Part shown: in pieces, positions 1 through 12,966 of the stretch
How positions within the stretch are numbered: the first letter of the stretch is position 1
How the letters are laid out: the number at the start of each line of letters is the position of its first letter
Assembly (NCBI RefSeq): GCF_018350175.1
Contig: NC_058382.1
Location: 54,562,001-54,626,000, forward strand
Length of the DNA stretch: 64,000 bases
Origin: Felis catus
Lineage: Eukaryota
Direction: 5' to 3'
Translations under genes and position numbers: made by a program
Notes under the pieces: model-generated
What the model saw: only the letters and a program-made list of their open reading frames with translations
What the model was told of the DNA's origin: nothing
Database searches by the model: none

Positions 1-718
1 GGTTTTTCTGGACCGTTTACTCCGTTCAGAGCATTGTCACATGCAACAGAACATACAAAAACATTCCTCCCTTGAAAAGTTTGGAAGATTTTAAGTAGCC
101 GCACTGGATAAGACGGGTAAAAAGCAGAAAGAGGTAAATGACAGAAGAGAGAGGTAATGCAAAGCTATATAGTAAGGGACTTTGAATGTCTCAAGTGAGA
201 GAAATTCGGACTCGGGAAGATTCGGGTGTCAGTAGAAATGTCGGAGTGAGGTAATGACATAATCAGAGCTATAGTGTAGAAAAATGAATCTGGCAAACTG
301 TCAGTGAAAAAGATTGAGGTTCTAGAAGTTAGTTGGGAGGTCAATGATAAAAGTGCACACCGCGAGTCAGGGCGACATCAACTAACGGTGATGGCAGCGA
401 GAAAGGAAAGGGAGGGAGATGGTAGAAGACCTGTCAAGAAAAGTAATTGCCAGCACTTGGAAGCAACCCAGATGCTTACTAGTCGGTGAGTGGAAAATGA
501 ACTGTGGAACCTCCAGAGGATGGCGTATTCTTCAGCACTAAAAAGAAGTGAGCGATCCAGCTGTGAAAAGACATGGAGGAAATTTAGATATATGTGTGGA
601 CTAACCAAAGAAGCCAATCCGAGAAGGATGCATACTGTATCATTCCCACCATACAACATTCTTGAAGAGGGCAAATAAGATTAGTGGTCGTCAGGATGGG
701 TGTAAGGGGAAGAGGGTT

Positions 719-856
719 GGGACCCCTGGACAGCTCAGTGGATTGAGCGTCTGATTCTTGATTTCAGCCCAGGTCACCATCCCAGGGTTGGGGGACCAAG
801 CCTCGCATTAGGCTCTGCACTGAGCATGGAGCCTGCTTGAGAATTGAGATTCCCTC

Positions 857-913
<57 letters not shown>

Positions 914-997
914 CTCTTTCTCGCTCTCTTTCTCTTTCTGTCTCTTTCCCTCTGCCCCTCTCCCCCACTCACTACCTCTCTAAAACAATAAATTTTA
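719..997 (+). mobile_element. Can-SINE with expanded (CT)n tract
   Basis: tRNA-like head (gctcagtggattgagcgtctga), long CT run and A-rich tail. Confidence 0.8.
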
Positions 998-999
998 AA

Positions 1000-1360
1000 A
1001 GTGGGGAGAGAGTTATCAATAAGTGTAGCACAGAGGATTTTTAGGGCAGTGAAAATACTCTGTGAGAATGTAACAGTGGATACATGTCATTACACATTTG
1101 TCAAAAGCCGTAGAATATACAACAGCAAGAATGAATTCTAATATAAACTCTGGATTTTAGGTAATAATAATAATAGGTCATTGTAGGCTCACTGATTGTG
1201 ATAAATGTACCACTCTGATGGGGGAATAATAGTTAATAGTGGAACAGGCTGTACGTGTTTGGGGAGGTAGGGGTAGCTGAAAACTCGTGGTGCTTTCTAC
1301 TCCGTTTTGCTGTGAACCTGAATCTTGTCTAAAAAATAAGTTCATTAATTTTTTAAAAAG
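1000..1360 (+). mobile_element. Old L1 3'-end fragment (L1MC-like)
   Basis: Motifs such as gcacagaggatttttagggcagtgaaaatactctg and catttgtcaaaa are typical of old L1 3' ends. Confidence 0.6.
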
Positions 1361-2127
1361 TGAACAGGAATATGAGAACATGATTGGGAGTTTGAAAAGG
1401 GATAATAAAAGGATTGCTAAGCAGAATTGAGTATGGATTAGAAGTGAGCATGAATTGTGTAGTGACCCTGCAGGCAGTTTTGTGGAACGTTGGACAGCCT
1501 GAGCATAGGAAGGGACCGTCTTCCTGGCATATCAGTAAGAGGAATTCGATGATGGTCGGGTGAATGAAGGATTTTTGAGTCTTCCTTAATATTCTCCCCA
1601 CATTTCGTTTTCTTTTGCTGATAACACTAGGTGGAAAAAATATAAGTTAATTGAAAGTATTCCGTTAAAAACACAAAATAAAACACTAGATGAATTGGTG
1701 AATGGGATGAGTTTGGTGATGAGACATGACATCAGTTGTCATTAAAGCTGCCAGATGCCAGTGTTCTAACAAAAGAGCCTTTCAGTCATACTTTCACAGG
1801 TACAATATTTAATGTAAAGTACTCGTTTAGATTAGGTCATTGGCATTAAGTTGGCAAAAGCCGAAAGAAGAAACACAACTCTCCACAGCAAAGAACTCAG
1901 CAATAATAACTAATTGATCGTGTGATAAGCACTGTTCTAAACCCCATTATGCCTACTTTACAGATAAGGAAACCTTCATTTTCTCAAGGTCACAGGAAAG
2001 TGACAAGGTAGAGAATTCAAACCGTGGCAGTCAATATTCCAGAACCCATGGGTTGAACCACGACACCCGAGGTTCTTAAGCTAGGTTGCACTTTGGGATC
2101 ATATGGGAAGATTTAAAAACCAAATAT

Positions 2128-2360
2128 GGATCCCTGGGTGCCTGGGTGGCTCAGTCGGTTGAGCGTCCGACTCTTGATTTCAGCTCAGGTCATGATCCCA
2201 GGGTTGTAGGATCGAGCCCCACATCAGGCTCCGTGCTTCTCACAGAGCCTGCTTAATTAAGTTCTCTCTTTTCCTCCCTCCCCCTCCCCCGCCCCCGCCC
2301 CCGCTTGTGTGCACACAGTCTCTGTCTCATAAATGAATGAATGAATGAATGAATGAAGTA
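2128..2360 (+). mobile_element. Can-SINE inserted in a MER5-like element, with (ATGA)n/(GATA)n tail
   Basis: gtgcctgggtggctcagtcggttgagcgtccgact head and microsatellite tail at about 2333-2386. Confidence 0.8.
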
Positions 2361-2625
2361 AAATATTAGATAGGTAGATAGATAGATCCCTAATCTGCAC
2401 CCCAAACTAATTATAGAAGAATACCTGGAGTTGGAACCAGGCAGAAATATTTTTTTGAATCTCGTGATTTTTCAGAGGCCCCCCAGGGTTGAAAACCTGT
2501 CCTACCCTGGACTGCCTTTCTAAAAATGCTCTGCGTTTAGCATGCACTTGCTCTCTTCTTTAAGCATTAAGGCAGTAGGAGGTGGTGTACAAAATAGTTT
2601 CTGCCCTTAAGAAATTCAGTTGGGG

Positions 2626-2820
2626 CAGGGCGCCTGGGTCACGGGGTCTGTTAAGCGTCTGACTCTTAATCCCTGCTCAGGTCACAATCTCACAGTTGTT
2701 GAGTTCGAGCCCCAAGTCAGGCTCTGCGTTTACATTGTGGAGCCTGCTTGGGATTCTCTCTCCCTCTCTCTCTCTGCCCCTCCCCTGCTGTCTCTCAAAA
2801 AAATAAACTATAAAAAAAGA
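2626..2820 (+). mobile_element. Can-SINE
   Basis: gggcgcctggg head, gagttcgagccc B-box, CT tract and A tail. Confidence 0.8.
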
Positions 2821-3839
2821 GAGCAATATAGTTAGGGAGACAGGAACTCTAGAAGAAAAGGATGGTATTTAAGATAGCTTAAGTTAGTTACTATCTTGGA
2901 GTTCAAACAAGAAATAGGTCCCTAGATCTGGGTGGTAAGCAGAACAAGGGAGTGTTTCTTGCTGAGAATGTGATCTGGCCTAGGCTTTATGCTAATCTAG
3001 TACAAGATAATCCTGAGAGTTATCTATAGTATCTGTTTTAAAAATGAGTAAACTGGTTCAGAGAGAGGTTAAATCCCCTGTCCAAGGCCACGCCCCTAAT
3101 TGCTGGTAAAAATGATATACGGGGCTTTCAATGCCAAATGGCTTTTTCTACCATTGCATTCTGCCTGAAGGGAGCCAGGGGGATATAGGACAAATTGGGC
3201 CTTCATAGAAAGTGCAGTTGGAAGTGAGAATATTATAAGTCTGAGTAGGGTGGTGTATGAAAAGGGAACAGAAAAAGATACGTCTGTAATTGGAGATTGA
3301 AGGTATAACACACCTACAGGTGATAGATACAAACAAGTTTTTGGAATATCAAATCTGCTACCAAATTAGAAAACAAAGGAAAACTATTTAAGGGACCATT
3401 TAACCCAAATGCATATGAATGTCTAGACAGTACAGTAGGGATATAAAAGGATGGACCAGTGTGGAAGACATGGAGAACGAATTGAATTTAATATGGAAAG
3501 ATAAATTATGTTATTGATAAATAAAACAAAAATAGCTTCTTTTCTCCTCTAAATGAGTGGACACAGACTCAACAAGATCAACGTGCTTCTCTTGGGATCC
3601 ACTGGGAAGGCAAAGAGGAGTCTTAGCCACATGGTTATTCATTCCTCCCTTCTCTCGAAATGTGGATGGGAGAGAAGGAAGTGGACATATTCCACAAGTA
3701 TGAGTCCTTTCTCATCAGAACACTAGATAAGCAGAGTATCTGTGTGCTGCAGCAGCATGTGAGGCCCAAGTGAATGAGGACTTTGACCACGTCCACTTTG
3801 ACCTCAGTCTGTAGTTTTTAAGTGACTAAGTTCTTCTTT

Positions 3840-4240
3840 CCAGCTTATCTCTTCACCCGGGCACAAGACCCAGCAGGCATAGCATCCCAAGACGGGGACC
3901 CTAGCAACAGGGACCGCCTTCACACCAGTAAGACCCCCACGTGACTGACCCTAGGACAGTGGTCAACCTGACCTTCACTGCCCACCCGCACGTACCTTTG
4001 TCTCACATTTTCCTTACATAAACCTGGAAGTATTTTCGGCACTTTGGAGACAGTCTTTGAGACACTAGTCCACTGTCTTCCCAGTTCTGGCCTCACTGAA
4101 ATAAATCCCTTTCTGGTTTCTCCACCTCTTGGCTCTCTGCCTGTGGATTTTGTTAGCGGCAAGTGGCCCGACCTGATCTCTTTGGGACCCCCCAGAGCCA
4201 GGTGCTCTTGTACCCGTGAGTCCTGTTGTTTCCAGTGACC
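3840..4240 (+). mobile_element. LTR-like element (ERV solo LTR or fragment) in ATMIN intron 1
   Basis: TATA-like CATAAA near 4017, the LTR-typical ctttgagacactagtcc...cttccc segment, AATAAA at 4100-4105 and a pyrimidine-rich U5-like tail. Confidence 0.55.
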
Positions 4241-4915
4241 TATAGAGAGGTCCTTCCCCACCCCCTACCCCCACCACTGCCACCGCCATCCCCTTCCTTT
4301 AGGGCCAGACAGGAATTACACTGGAGGTCATGGGTACCTTACACCTGCGGTATGTGCGCTCATCGAGGGCACCGAGACAGAACACTTCAATTTAAATTAA
4401 GTCACCAGTTATTTTAAACTCCCAGCCAAAAAGTTAATCACGTACTTAATAACAAAGGATTATTAGGACGACATGATGTATATAAAGTGCTTAGAACAGT
4501 GCCTGACGCAGTTACAAAAGCTCTAATAGTACAGATGATTAAAATGGTTATTAAATTTCACACATAGTACAGTGCCTGTGTTCAAGCTGTTGTATAAAAA
4601 GTTGTGTCAACTAGCTTCAGCTACTTCAAGGGGCAGCGTGATGACCAGAGAAAGTCAGGATGCTGTTGGGAAGGCCTAGACCACAATCAAAGGAGGTTTT
4701 TTCAGGGGCTCCCACTAATTGAGGGTGGGATGAAAGGGAAGGGAAGAATTAGGGATGATACCAAAATCTTGAGCCTCAGAAACTGTGAATATACACTTAC
4801 AAACAGAGAGCCTGGCTTTAAGGAGAGAGATTTTGAGTTTAGAAGGAAGAGTTCTAAAGGAACAGATAGAAGATTTTTAAACAACATAGGTTTTTTGTTT
4901 TGAAAATTTTTAACA

Positions 4916-5095
4916 GGGGCAGCTGGGTGGTTCAGTAGGTTAAGCATCCAAATCTTGATTTCAGCTCAGGTCATGATCTCATGGTTCTGTTCATGGGATC
5001 GAGCTATACATTAGGCTTAGTACTGACAGCTCGGAGCCTGCTTGGGATTCTCTCTCTTTCTCTCCCAAAATAAATAAACTTAAGGAAAAAATTTA
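4916..5095 (+). mobile_element. Can-SINE
   Basis: SINE head and tail with imperfect TSD aaaattt(tt)aacag. Confidence 0.75.
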
Positions 5096-5320
5096 ACAGA
5101 TTTAGTGAGCTACAGTTTCTTCACCGTTTACTTATTTTAAGTGAATAATCTAGTTACTTAGTAGATTCACGTGGTTGTGCCACGAGCACCACGATCCAAT
5201 TTAGAGCGTTATTAACCCTTAAAAGATCCCCAAGAAAAAGTCATTTTTTGTTTCTGGTCCCAGCCCGTTCTATTGGGTTTTTTTGAAAATAAGCGCTCAA
5301 AGTAACTTTTTCTTTTGCAG

Positions 5321-5446
5321 GATGGCATAGTAAATCCAACAATAAGAAAAGATTTGAAAACCGTACCGAAATTCTACTGTTGTCCAATTGAAGGATGCCC
5401 CAGAGGCCCTGACAGACCATTTTCTCAATTTTCTCTCGTAAAACAG
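5321..5446 (+). CDS. ATMIN: ATMIN (ASCIZ) coding exon 2, zinc-finger region
   Basis: Acceptor tcttttgcag and donor CAG|gtat. 126 nt encoding DGIVNPTIRKDLKTVPKFYCCPIEGCPRGPDRPFSQFSLVKQ, recognised as ATMIN. Exon 1 lies upstream of the window. Confidence 0.95.
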
Positions 5447-6227
5447 GTATTTTATTTGTCTTAAGTGTCCTTCTCTGAGGATGAGGCGCAGGTGACGTAA
5501 ACCTAGCGTGCAATCCAATCTCGTTCCCAATGTAACTGGAGAACTCTGGGAGAGAGCTGCTTGTGGGGATAGCCGGCCGCCCAAGAGTCTCCCTGGGGGG
5601 GGAAGCGTGAGTGGGGGTACCGCGAGTGGAGGAGACGTAGCTTGTTGTGGAGGTGAAGATGTCCGGGAGTGGGTTTGGAGGAGAGACCAGAAGACTGCTT
5701 CCTCAGCAAATGAGAAATGTGTGTCCAGCTGTCTCGTGTGACCCCGGGTGCCTCTGAGGCCAGAGGCGCGAAGGCACGTAGGAAATGGTCTCCCGAGGGA
5801 GACGTAGCTGCGGAGGTCAGGCAGAGAGTTCCAGCAGCAGCCAACTTCGGGAGGGGGCCCGGTGAGTGGGGACAGAGGTGCCTTAGGACTGGCAGAGCCT
5901 GGCGGCTGCGAGCCTTCCCCCAGCGTCTGCCGGAGGGTCCCAAGGAACGCGTGGCGGACCCCCCCCCCCGCCTGCGGCACTCGTCTGGAACCCCTAAACG
6001 GTGGTCCCAGGAGGTTTTTGCCAAACCGTCTCCCACTTTTCCCAGAGCAGGAGTGACTAGGAAAAGAGGCGCGTGACAGACCGCAGCCTTCCCGCTTCTC
6101 CGTTCTCCTGGCTCAGACCGGCTGCGGTCTGTCCTGTGAGGTCAGCGCTAACTCGGGCGTGCGGGTCGCGTCTGAAATGTTTGAGCGCTTGCGGTTGCCC
6201 ACTCTCCCCCCTCTGTGTTCTCCCCAG

Positions 6228-6427
6228 CACTTTATGAAAATGCACGCCGAAAAGAAGCATAAGTGTAGTAAGTGCAGCAACTCCTACGGCACCGAGTGGG
6301 ACTTGAAAAGGCACGCCGAGGATTGTGGCAAGACCTTCCAGTGCACGTGCGGCTGTCCCTATGCCAGCAGGACCGCCTTACAGTCCCACATCTACCGAAC
6401 GGGCCACGAGATCCCCGCAGAGCACAG
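6228..6427 (+). CDS. ATMIN: ATMIN coding exon 3, zinc fingers
   Basis: Acceptor tctccccag and donor AG|gtaaag. 200 nt encoding HFMKMHAEKKHKCSKCSNSYGTEWDLKRHAEDCGKTFQCTCGCPYASRTALQSHIYRTGHEIPAEH(R). In frame with exon 2. Confidence 0.96.
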
Positions 6428-7088
6428 GTAAAGGGGAAGAAGTGCCGGTCCGCAAGTCAGTGGCTGTGGGAAGAGTTTCAGGTGAAACTTCTGGAGAGCC
6501 GCTGTCGTGGGCAGAGAGGCGGAAGGACGGAGACAAGACGTGATGTGGAAGAAGGGAACTTTCGGGAAAGCAGAGCTTTTCGGCAGGACTAGGAAAGGAT
6601 CCGCATCCGCCTAACCCGGGTCTTCCTTATTCCTTCCCGGTTAAAAATACCAACTTCCAGCATTTCTATCAGAGGCATGTTAGATTGTTGAGTTCAGTTT
6701 TACCATAAAACTGTACCTCATTTTAAAGGTCAACTTTATATTTGGAGTAATAGCTTCCTACTTTAGGAACAGTAAAGGTTGCATTATATAATCTGTTCGC
6801 TTCCTTATGCTTCCAGAGCTAAGCTAAGCTGAGTTCTAGTACTTGGACGTATACCCAAAAAAGGATGCGCTTTCTCCTTCCCTACTCACGTGTTTCTCTG
6901 CCCGCCGCCACGGCAGGCCGAGTTCTCAGAGAGTCGCGGAGGGAGGTCTCCTCTTCACTGGGTGACGTCTGACCTCTGCCGTGGGTGTGGGGAGCAGTGT
7001 TTGTGAGCAGCTGAGGAGACGGCCCCCGGGTTGAAGACAGCTGCAGCTTACGCTCATTTTTCTCTTTTCACTCTGTCATTGCTTTCAG

Positions 7089-8901
7089 GGACCCACCTAG
7101 TAAGAAAAGGAAAATGGAAAACTGCCTGCACAGCCAGAAGCTGTCCGGTAAGACCACTGAGTCATTGAGCAGTCAGCCAGCTCCAAGACCAGACACTCAA
7201 GAACTAGAAACTTCAGAAATAAAACTAGTCACTACTTTTGAAGACTCTTGCAACTCTAATGCCGGAAAGCAGACTCTTACGACACCTCCAAGATGCCCTC
7301 CGAAGTTGCTTTTACCCAAGCCCCGAGTGGCTCTGGTGAAACTTCCTGTTCTGCAGTTTTCTCCCACGCCTGTCTTTGTGCCTACAGCCGACTCCTCGGC
7401 CCAGCCCGTGGTGTTGGGCGTGGATCATCAGGGTTCCGCCCCGGGCGCTGTGCACATACTGCCCTTGTCGGTCGGAACCCTGATCCTCGGCCTAGATTCC
7501 GAGGCTGGCTGTCTCAAGGAGAGTCTCCCTCTTTCAAAAATTGTGAATCCTGTTGCTCTGGAGCCAGTTAGTACAGGTGTTCAGGTGAACTTGGGTAAGA
7601 GCCTGTCTAATCCTTTACAAGAACTAGGAAACACGTGTCAGAAGAATGGCATTTCTTCAATCAACGTGCAGACGGACCTGTCTTACGCCACACAGCACTT
7701 CATACCTTCCTCCCAGTGGGCCGGCCCTGATTCCTCCGTATCTTCCTGTTCTCAAACGGATTTGACGTTTGGTTCCCAAGTCTCCCTTCCCATTAGTGTT
7801 CACACTCAGACATTCTTACCCGGTTCTAAGGTAACCTCTTCCATAGCCGCTCAGACTGACACGTTCGCAGATGCCTGTTACCAGCCAGGTGGGATCTCCA
7901 GAGAAACCCAGACCAGCGGGATGCAGAGTCTGACAGACGGCCGAGTCCAGATGGACCAAGCTGTAATGTGTGGAGACATTTTTGAGAGCGTCCATTCGTC
8001 CTACGGTGTTTCCACAGACAATATCATAAGCAGCAGCCTAGTAGCAGGGACTGTCACTCATGGTTTGTTACCTCAGAACCACCCTAAGACTTTAAATCAA
8101 GATATTGAGAAATCTGCACCAATTATAAACTTCGGCGCACAGCACAGTATGCTTCCTTCACAGAACATGACGGATAATCAGACCCAGACTATGGATTTAT
8201 TAAGTGATTTAGAAAACATCTTGTCAAGTAACCTGCCTGGTCAGACACTGGACAATCGTAGTCTTTTGTCTGACCCGAATACTGGACCTGACACCCAGCT
8301 CCCATCTGGCCCAGCCCAGAATCCCGCAATCGATTTTGATATCGAGGAGTTCTTTTCCGCCTCAAATATCCAAACTCAAACTGAAGAGAGTGAGCTTAAC
8401 ACCATGACCACTGAGCCAGTCTTGGAATCTCTGGACATAGAGACCCAAACTGACTTCTTCCTTGCGGACACCTCTGCCCAGTCCTATAGCTGTAGGGGAA
8501 ATTCGAACTTCTTAGGCCTTGAAATGTTTGACACGCAGACACAGACAGACCTAAACTTCTTCTTAGACAGTGGCCCCCATCTGCCTCTGGGAAGTATTCT
8601 GAAACACTCCAGCTTTTCCATGAGTACGGATTCGTCTGACACAGAGACCCAAACCGAAGGAATGTCCGCTGCTAAAAGCATACCTGCCGTAGAGAGTAAA
8701 GTTCAGTTGAACAGCACAGAAACACAGACCATGAATTCTGGCTTTGAGACCCTGGGCAGTTTGTTCTTCACCAGCAACGAAACGCAAACCGCAATGGACG
8801 ACTTTCTTCTGGCCGATTTGGCCTGGAACACAATGGAATCTCAGTTCAGCTCTGTAGAAACCCAGACGTGTGCAGAACCACACACGGTCTCCAACTTCTA
8901 A
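7089..8901 (+). CDS. ATMIN: ATMIN last coding exon: KKRK basic motif and SQ/TQ cluster with repeated TQT DYNLL1(LC8)-binding motifs
   Basis: Acceptor gctttcag, phase matches exon 3 (AG|G GAC CCA CCT AGT AAG AAA AGG AAA ATG). Contains the 595-aa ORF 7114-8901 with many xETQT/QTQT motifs and ends in TAA. Exons 2-4 total 712 aa. Confidence 0.97.
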
Positions 8902-10890
8902 ACGTGAAGTCTGTGCGCGGGTCGGCCTTTACAGTTTCCTTCCGGGTTCAGCGAATGGAGGGTAGGACAACAGTGTTAACGCCGTTGAATGTAGTTCCTG
9001 ATGCGTTTACTTGGGTCCTTGGAGGTTCTTTGCCTTTTGTACTTGTAAACATGAAATTTGTGTATAAATGTGAGTGTATTATAAAGCGTAAGATGTCGAT
9101 CTAAAAATGATTGTTTCTGTGTTGCCTCCATTTGCCCTCTCACAGTTAGTTGTCCCATCTTAAAAGAACAAGAGTGTCTCACACCTGTAAAACCCATCTA
9201 GCACTTAGCTGAAGCCAAGCTTACCAGGTACTAGGGTACAGACTTTTCAAATCTGCAAAACATTTCAGTTGAAATGTGACTCGCTTGACTTAAATTGCAC
9301 CTAAAATATCTGACGGTGTTGGAGAGAAATTCCTGTTTCCTGAGAGTAAATCTAAAGAACTCGGACGCCATGCAGCAGATTTGGGCACGAGTGCTTAGAT
9401 GGCGTGGGGCTCCTGCCGCCTGCAGCTTCCTCTGCTTTGACCTCTCCCTTTTTTTCCGACTTGGAGACAAAGGAAAACTACAGCCAGCTTTAGCTTTTGA
9501 GACCGTCTTCAGGTAACCAATGCTTATTCTTGCTCCACACGAACTAGGAGTGATCGCAACGTAAGTGTACTGTACTTGCCTCACAAGATGCGTTTCTGTA
9601 CAATTACTGCTTCAAGGAGTAGCGGCCAGCCCTCAGTGTAAATAGTGATCCTTCTGGTCGAAGTGACCGTCCGTCATCCCAGCCGCGGAAACGCCGCGTT
9701 GTGGAATCGTGCCCAGTTAGCTCATCCTGGAGTGTGCCCTGTGAACACCCCTGCTGCTGTCCCCAGTAGGCGAGGCGGGGGCTCCGGAGCTGCTGCTCAA
9801 AGTGGACCCACAGGCTGGATCTGAGTTGTGTCTGAATGTTAAGAAAAACAATAATGGAGAGCGAAGAGGCCATTCCCCCCTACATCTCCGTACTTTGTGT
9901 AAGCTTGAATAGGGCAAGAGTGCAATCACTTACTCTCGAGTGAATCTTCATCCACCTCTCATCTTTTCCTGGAGTAAGGAGAGACATTGGCCCAGCAAGG
10001 GTAGTATTTGTGCCTTGAGGACAAGAAGTACAGAACAGATCGACCCGCACTGTGGGATTCCACATTTTGTTGCTTTGTTTAGACAGCAATACCAGTCTTC
10101 AAAGAAGATGAAGACCAACTACGTCAGTAATCAAGAACATCCACGTTTGTAGACGGGAGCATGGCCAGATATGCTCTGGAGGTTTTCTCTTCAGGAAATC
10201 AGGAATTCTTGGTTGTCGGCCAACTTTCAGTCAAGGAAAAATCGGTGCAGCCCCTAAGTTTTCTAATTTTATTTAAAAAAAAAAAAAATGTTCCTTCTGT
10301 GGCACATGCTTATGCTGCTGAAGACTAAACCCTCAAAATAAAACCTAAGGAGTAGACTAATAACTCATTAAATGGATGATATTAGTATTAATTCCTATCC
10401 CATAGAATAGTTGGTAGTGAATCAGTAACTTATCCAGGACGGATGAACCTAACCTGATAGATAAAAGTTTGCTGTGGTCACAGTGGCCTATGAATATGGG
10501 TTTCAAAACAGACATAAAGCCTTAACTTAGAATTTCATTATGTTTTAGAACTGTCACTGCCTTAATGTTCAAACATTTATTTAAGTTCTCCTAGTCAGGG
10601 AGAAATGCATGTTCGTTTATGGCTTTTTGTAAATACAAATGCAGTGATCTTTGGCTTTAAAAAAAAAAATGTGTTTTTTTTTTTTTTTTTTTTGTTTTTT
10701 TTTGTCTGTGTGGAAATGTTTGTTAATTCAGCCAGTAGAGTTACTTACAGAAAATTGGAGCATGTCGTAGTTCTTCATGTAAAGTAAGAACTGTTTCCCT
10801 CCCAAACCTTAGTTACCTGAATTGTCCTATGATTATTCGTAAAAAATGAAATCCTGTGATTAAAGAGAAGTGAGAATTCTACCTTTTTTT
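8902..10890 (+). other. ATMIN: ATMIN 3' UTR (end approximate)
   Basis: No interspersed repeats recognised after the stop. Candidate poly(A) signals are AATAAA near 10337 and ATTAAA at 10859-10864, the latter followed by a T-rich tract. Confidence 0.55.
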
Positions 10891-11189
10891 TTTGTGAATT
10901 CTTTGACATACTCATAATGTGACCTATTTTGTTGTCTTGACATTTCACAGACCCCTTAGCTTCCGATAGTCACAGGATCAAATGGTTGTGCCTAGTTATG
11001 TTCATTACTGTTTTACCTTTGTTAACGACAATATACTAATTTTCCTCGTAGACACTCCATTACCAAACTTTCTATTATGATGTAGAGTTTTTATTTGAGA
11101 AAAGCTATATACCTTAGGATTTCATTTGTTGGAGAATTTTGAAGGGAATTACCCCCAATTCATGCATTTGCCAATTCGTGACTATTTTA

Positions 11190-11380
11190 TTTACTTTTTT
11201 TAAATGTTTATTTTTGAGAGCGTGCAAATGAGGGAGGGGCGGGGGGCGGGGACAGAGGATCCGAAGCGGGCTCTTTGCTGACAGCAGAAAGCCCGACGTG
11301 GGGCTTGAATTCACAAACCACGAGACCATGACCTGAGCCGAAGTGGGACGCTCGAGCAACTGAGCCAGCCGGGTGCCCCC
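11190..11380 (-). mobile_element. Can-SINE
   Basis: Reverse-oriented SINE: poly-T, gagag, then tgagccagccgggtgcccc. Confidence 0.8.
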
Positions 11381-12284
11381 AAGTCATGGCCATTTTATAA
11401 TGGGGGTCCCTTTTATCTTTGTAAATAATGTAATGCTAGCTTAAGAGCAAAAACGAGAGGGTTACAACATGAGTGGTTCTTTGCTTAGTCACTGATTTGT
11501 GAAAAGCCAGATCAGTAGGTTTCTGATTCCTTGATATAAAGGGGAAATGAAAATAGAAAAATTTTGTGGACTTACCTGAAAGATGCTGAGTAAGGCTTGA
11601 GGCTACTTTTGATCAGAGGAAAATGTAAGCATGTCAGTCTAGTTGTGAAGTTGAATTGTTTTATTAATAGTGGCAAGTGACAGGGTGATACTTTCGTGTA
11701 ACCCTTTATGTCCTCAGTTTTAGATGGTTTATCTTAATTCCAGTCCAAACCTCACCAAAACCTGCCATCTACTATTGACTCCAAGGAGCATTTACTGTCT
11801 GGTACATTTAAAGCAGTGCTTCTCACACTGGTCTTCCAAAGGCTTTCAAAGAAAAGAGGAGGAGGAACTTGTACCTTTGGGGATTTAGGGATGAAGAAGT
11901 CTCAAGTGTTTATGCAGTTTTAGTTTCCTTACATTTCACAATATATGTGTGTGTGTTCCCTTTGGAAGTGCGTTATAGTGTCACCAGATCTGTCGCTAGG
12001 AAAGCAGATCGGTCTTTTGGTTTCATACTCCCAACATCTAAAAGACTGTCAGATGACAGGAATTTCCCTCTAGTTTCTCCAGCAAGATGTTGGCTAGTGT
12101 AATGTTCTTATGGCCAAGAAGGTAGTCAACTAAATACCCTTGTTTTGCAGCGTTTAAATCCAAAGAGGTCTTTCCGTTGTATGAACACTGTCAACAGACA
12201 CCCTGAGGTATTAGCTTACGTATTAGGAGAGGCAGGCTAAAGATGAAGGGGATTCCCAGTTTATGAGTGTTCTCGAACTAACAC

Positions 12285-12450
12285 TACTATTTTGAGAGAG
12301 CACGAGCAGGGAAGGGGCAGAGGGAATTCCAAGCAGGCTCCACACTGTCGGGGCAGAGGCCAACGTGGGGCTCACGTTCATGAACCATGAGATCGTGACC
12401 TGAGCCGTAATCAAGCCAGTCCCTTAACCGACTGAGACACCCAAGCACCT
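12285..12450 (-). mobile_element. Can-SINE
   Basis: Reverse SINE body (ccatgagatcgtgacctgagcc...ttaaccgactgag). Confidence 0.75.
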
Positions 12451-12929
12451 GCACTACACTTAAAAACGTGCACGTTTGAAAGGAGCAAATGTCCAAACCA
12501 TGTGAGTAAATAAAAGCATTGTCTATAGTACTTGAACTGGAAGAGTAGCAATAGTCATTCATTTGTTTCAACAAGCCTGAGGAAAAAACCTCTGTTTTAT
12601 AGTGCCTTACTAATAACAAAATACACACATTTGTAACTTTGTTCGAAGTCCAGAGTAGTGATGGTTGGCATAGGAGAAACTTTGCCAAGGCCCCTTCCAC
12701 TAACTTTTGATACTTGATTGTAAAGCAGGTTAATATTATAGGTCAGGACGCTACAAAAAAGAATGAAACAGAATAAGTGATACTCTTTTTTAGTTTATCG
12801 TGAAATGGTCAAATATTTGAAAAAACGAAAACCTTTGAAAGGAAAATGTATCTCCTTCGTGACTTTGTCATTCTCAAAGCTATACATGTCATTTCAGTGT
12901 GAACAAAGGTTTTTTTGTTTTGGTTTTTT

Positions 12930-12935
12930 ATTTTA

Positions 12936-12966
<31 letters not shown>

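Noticed and set aside
5297..6076. Long ORFs on both strands in ATMIN intron 2 (227 aa, 177 aa, 119 aa)
   Set aside because: GC-rich intronic sequence with few stop codons. No recognisable domain, and they overlap or oppose true ATMIN exons.
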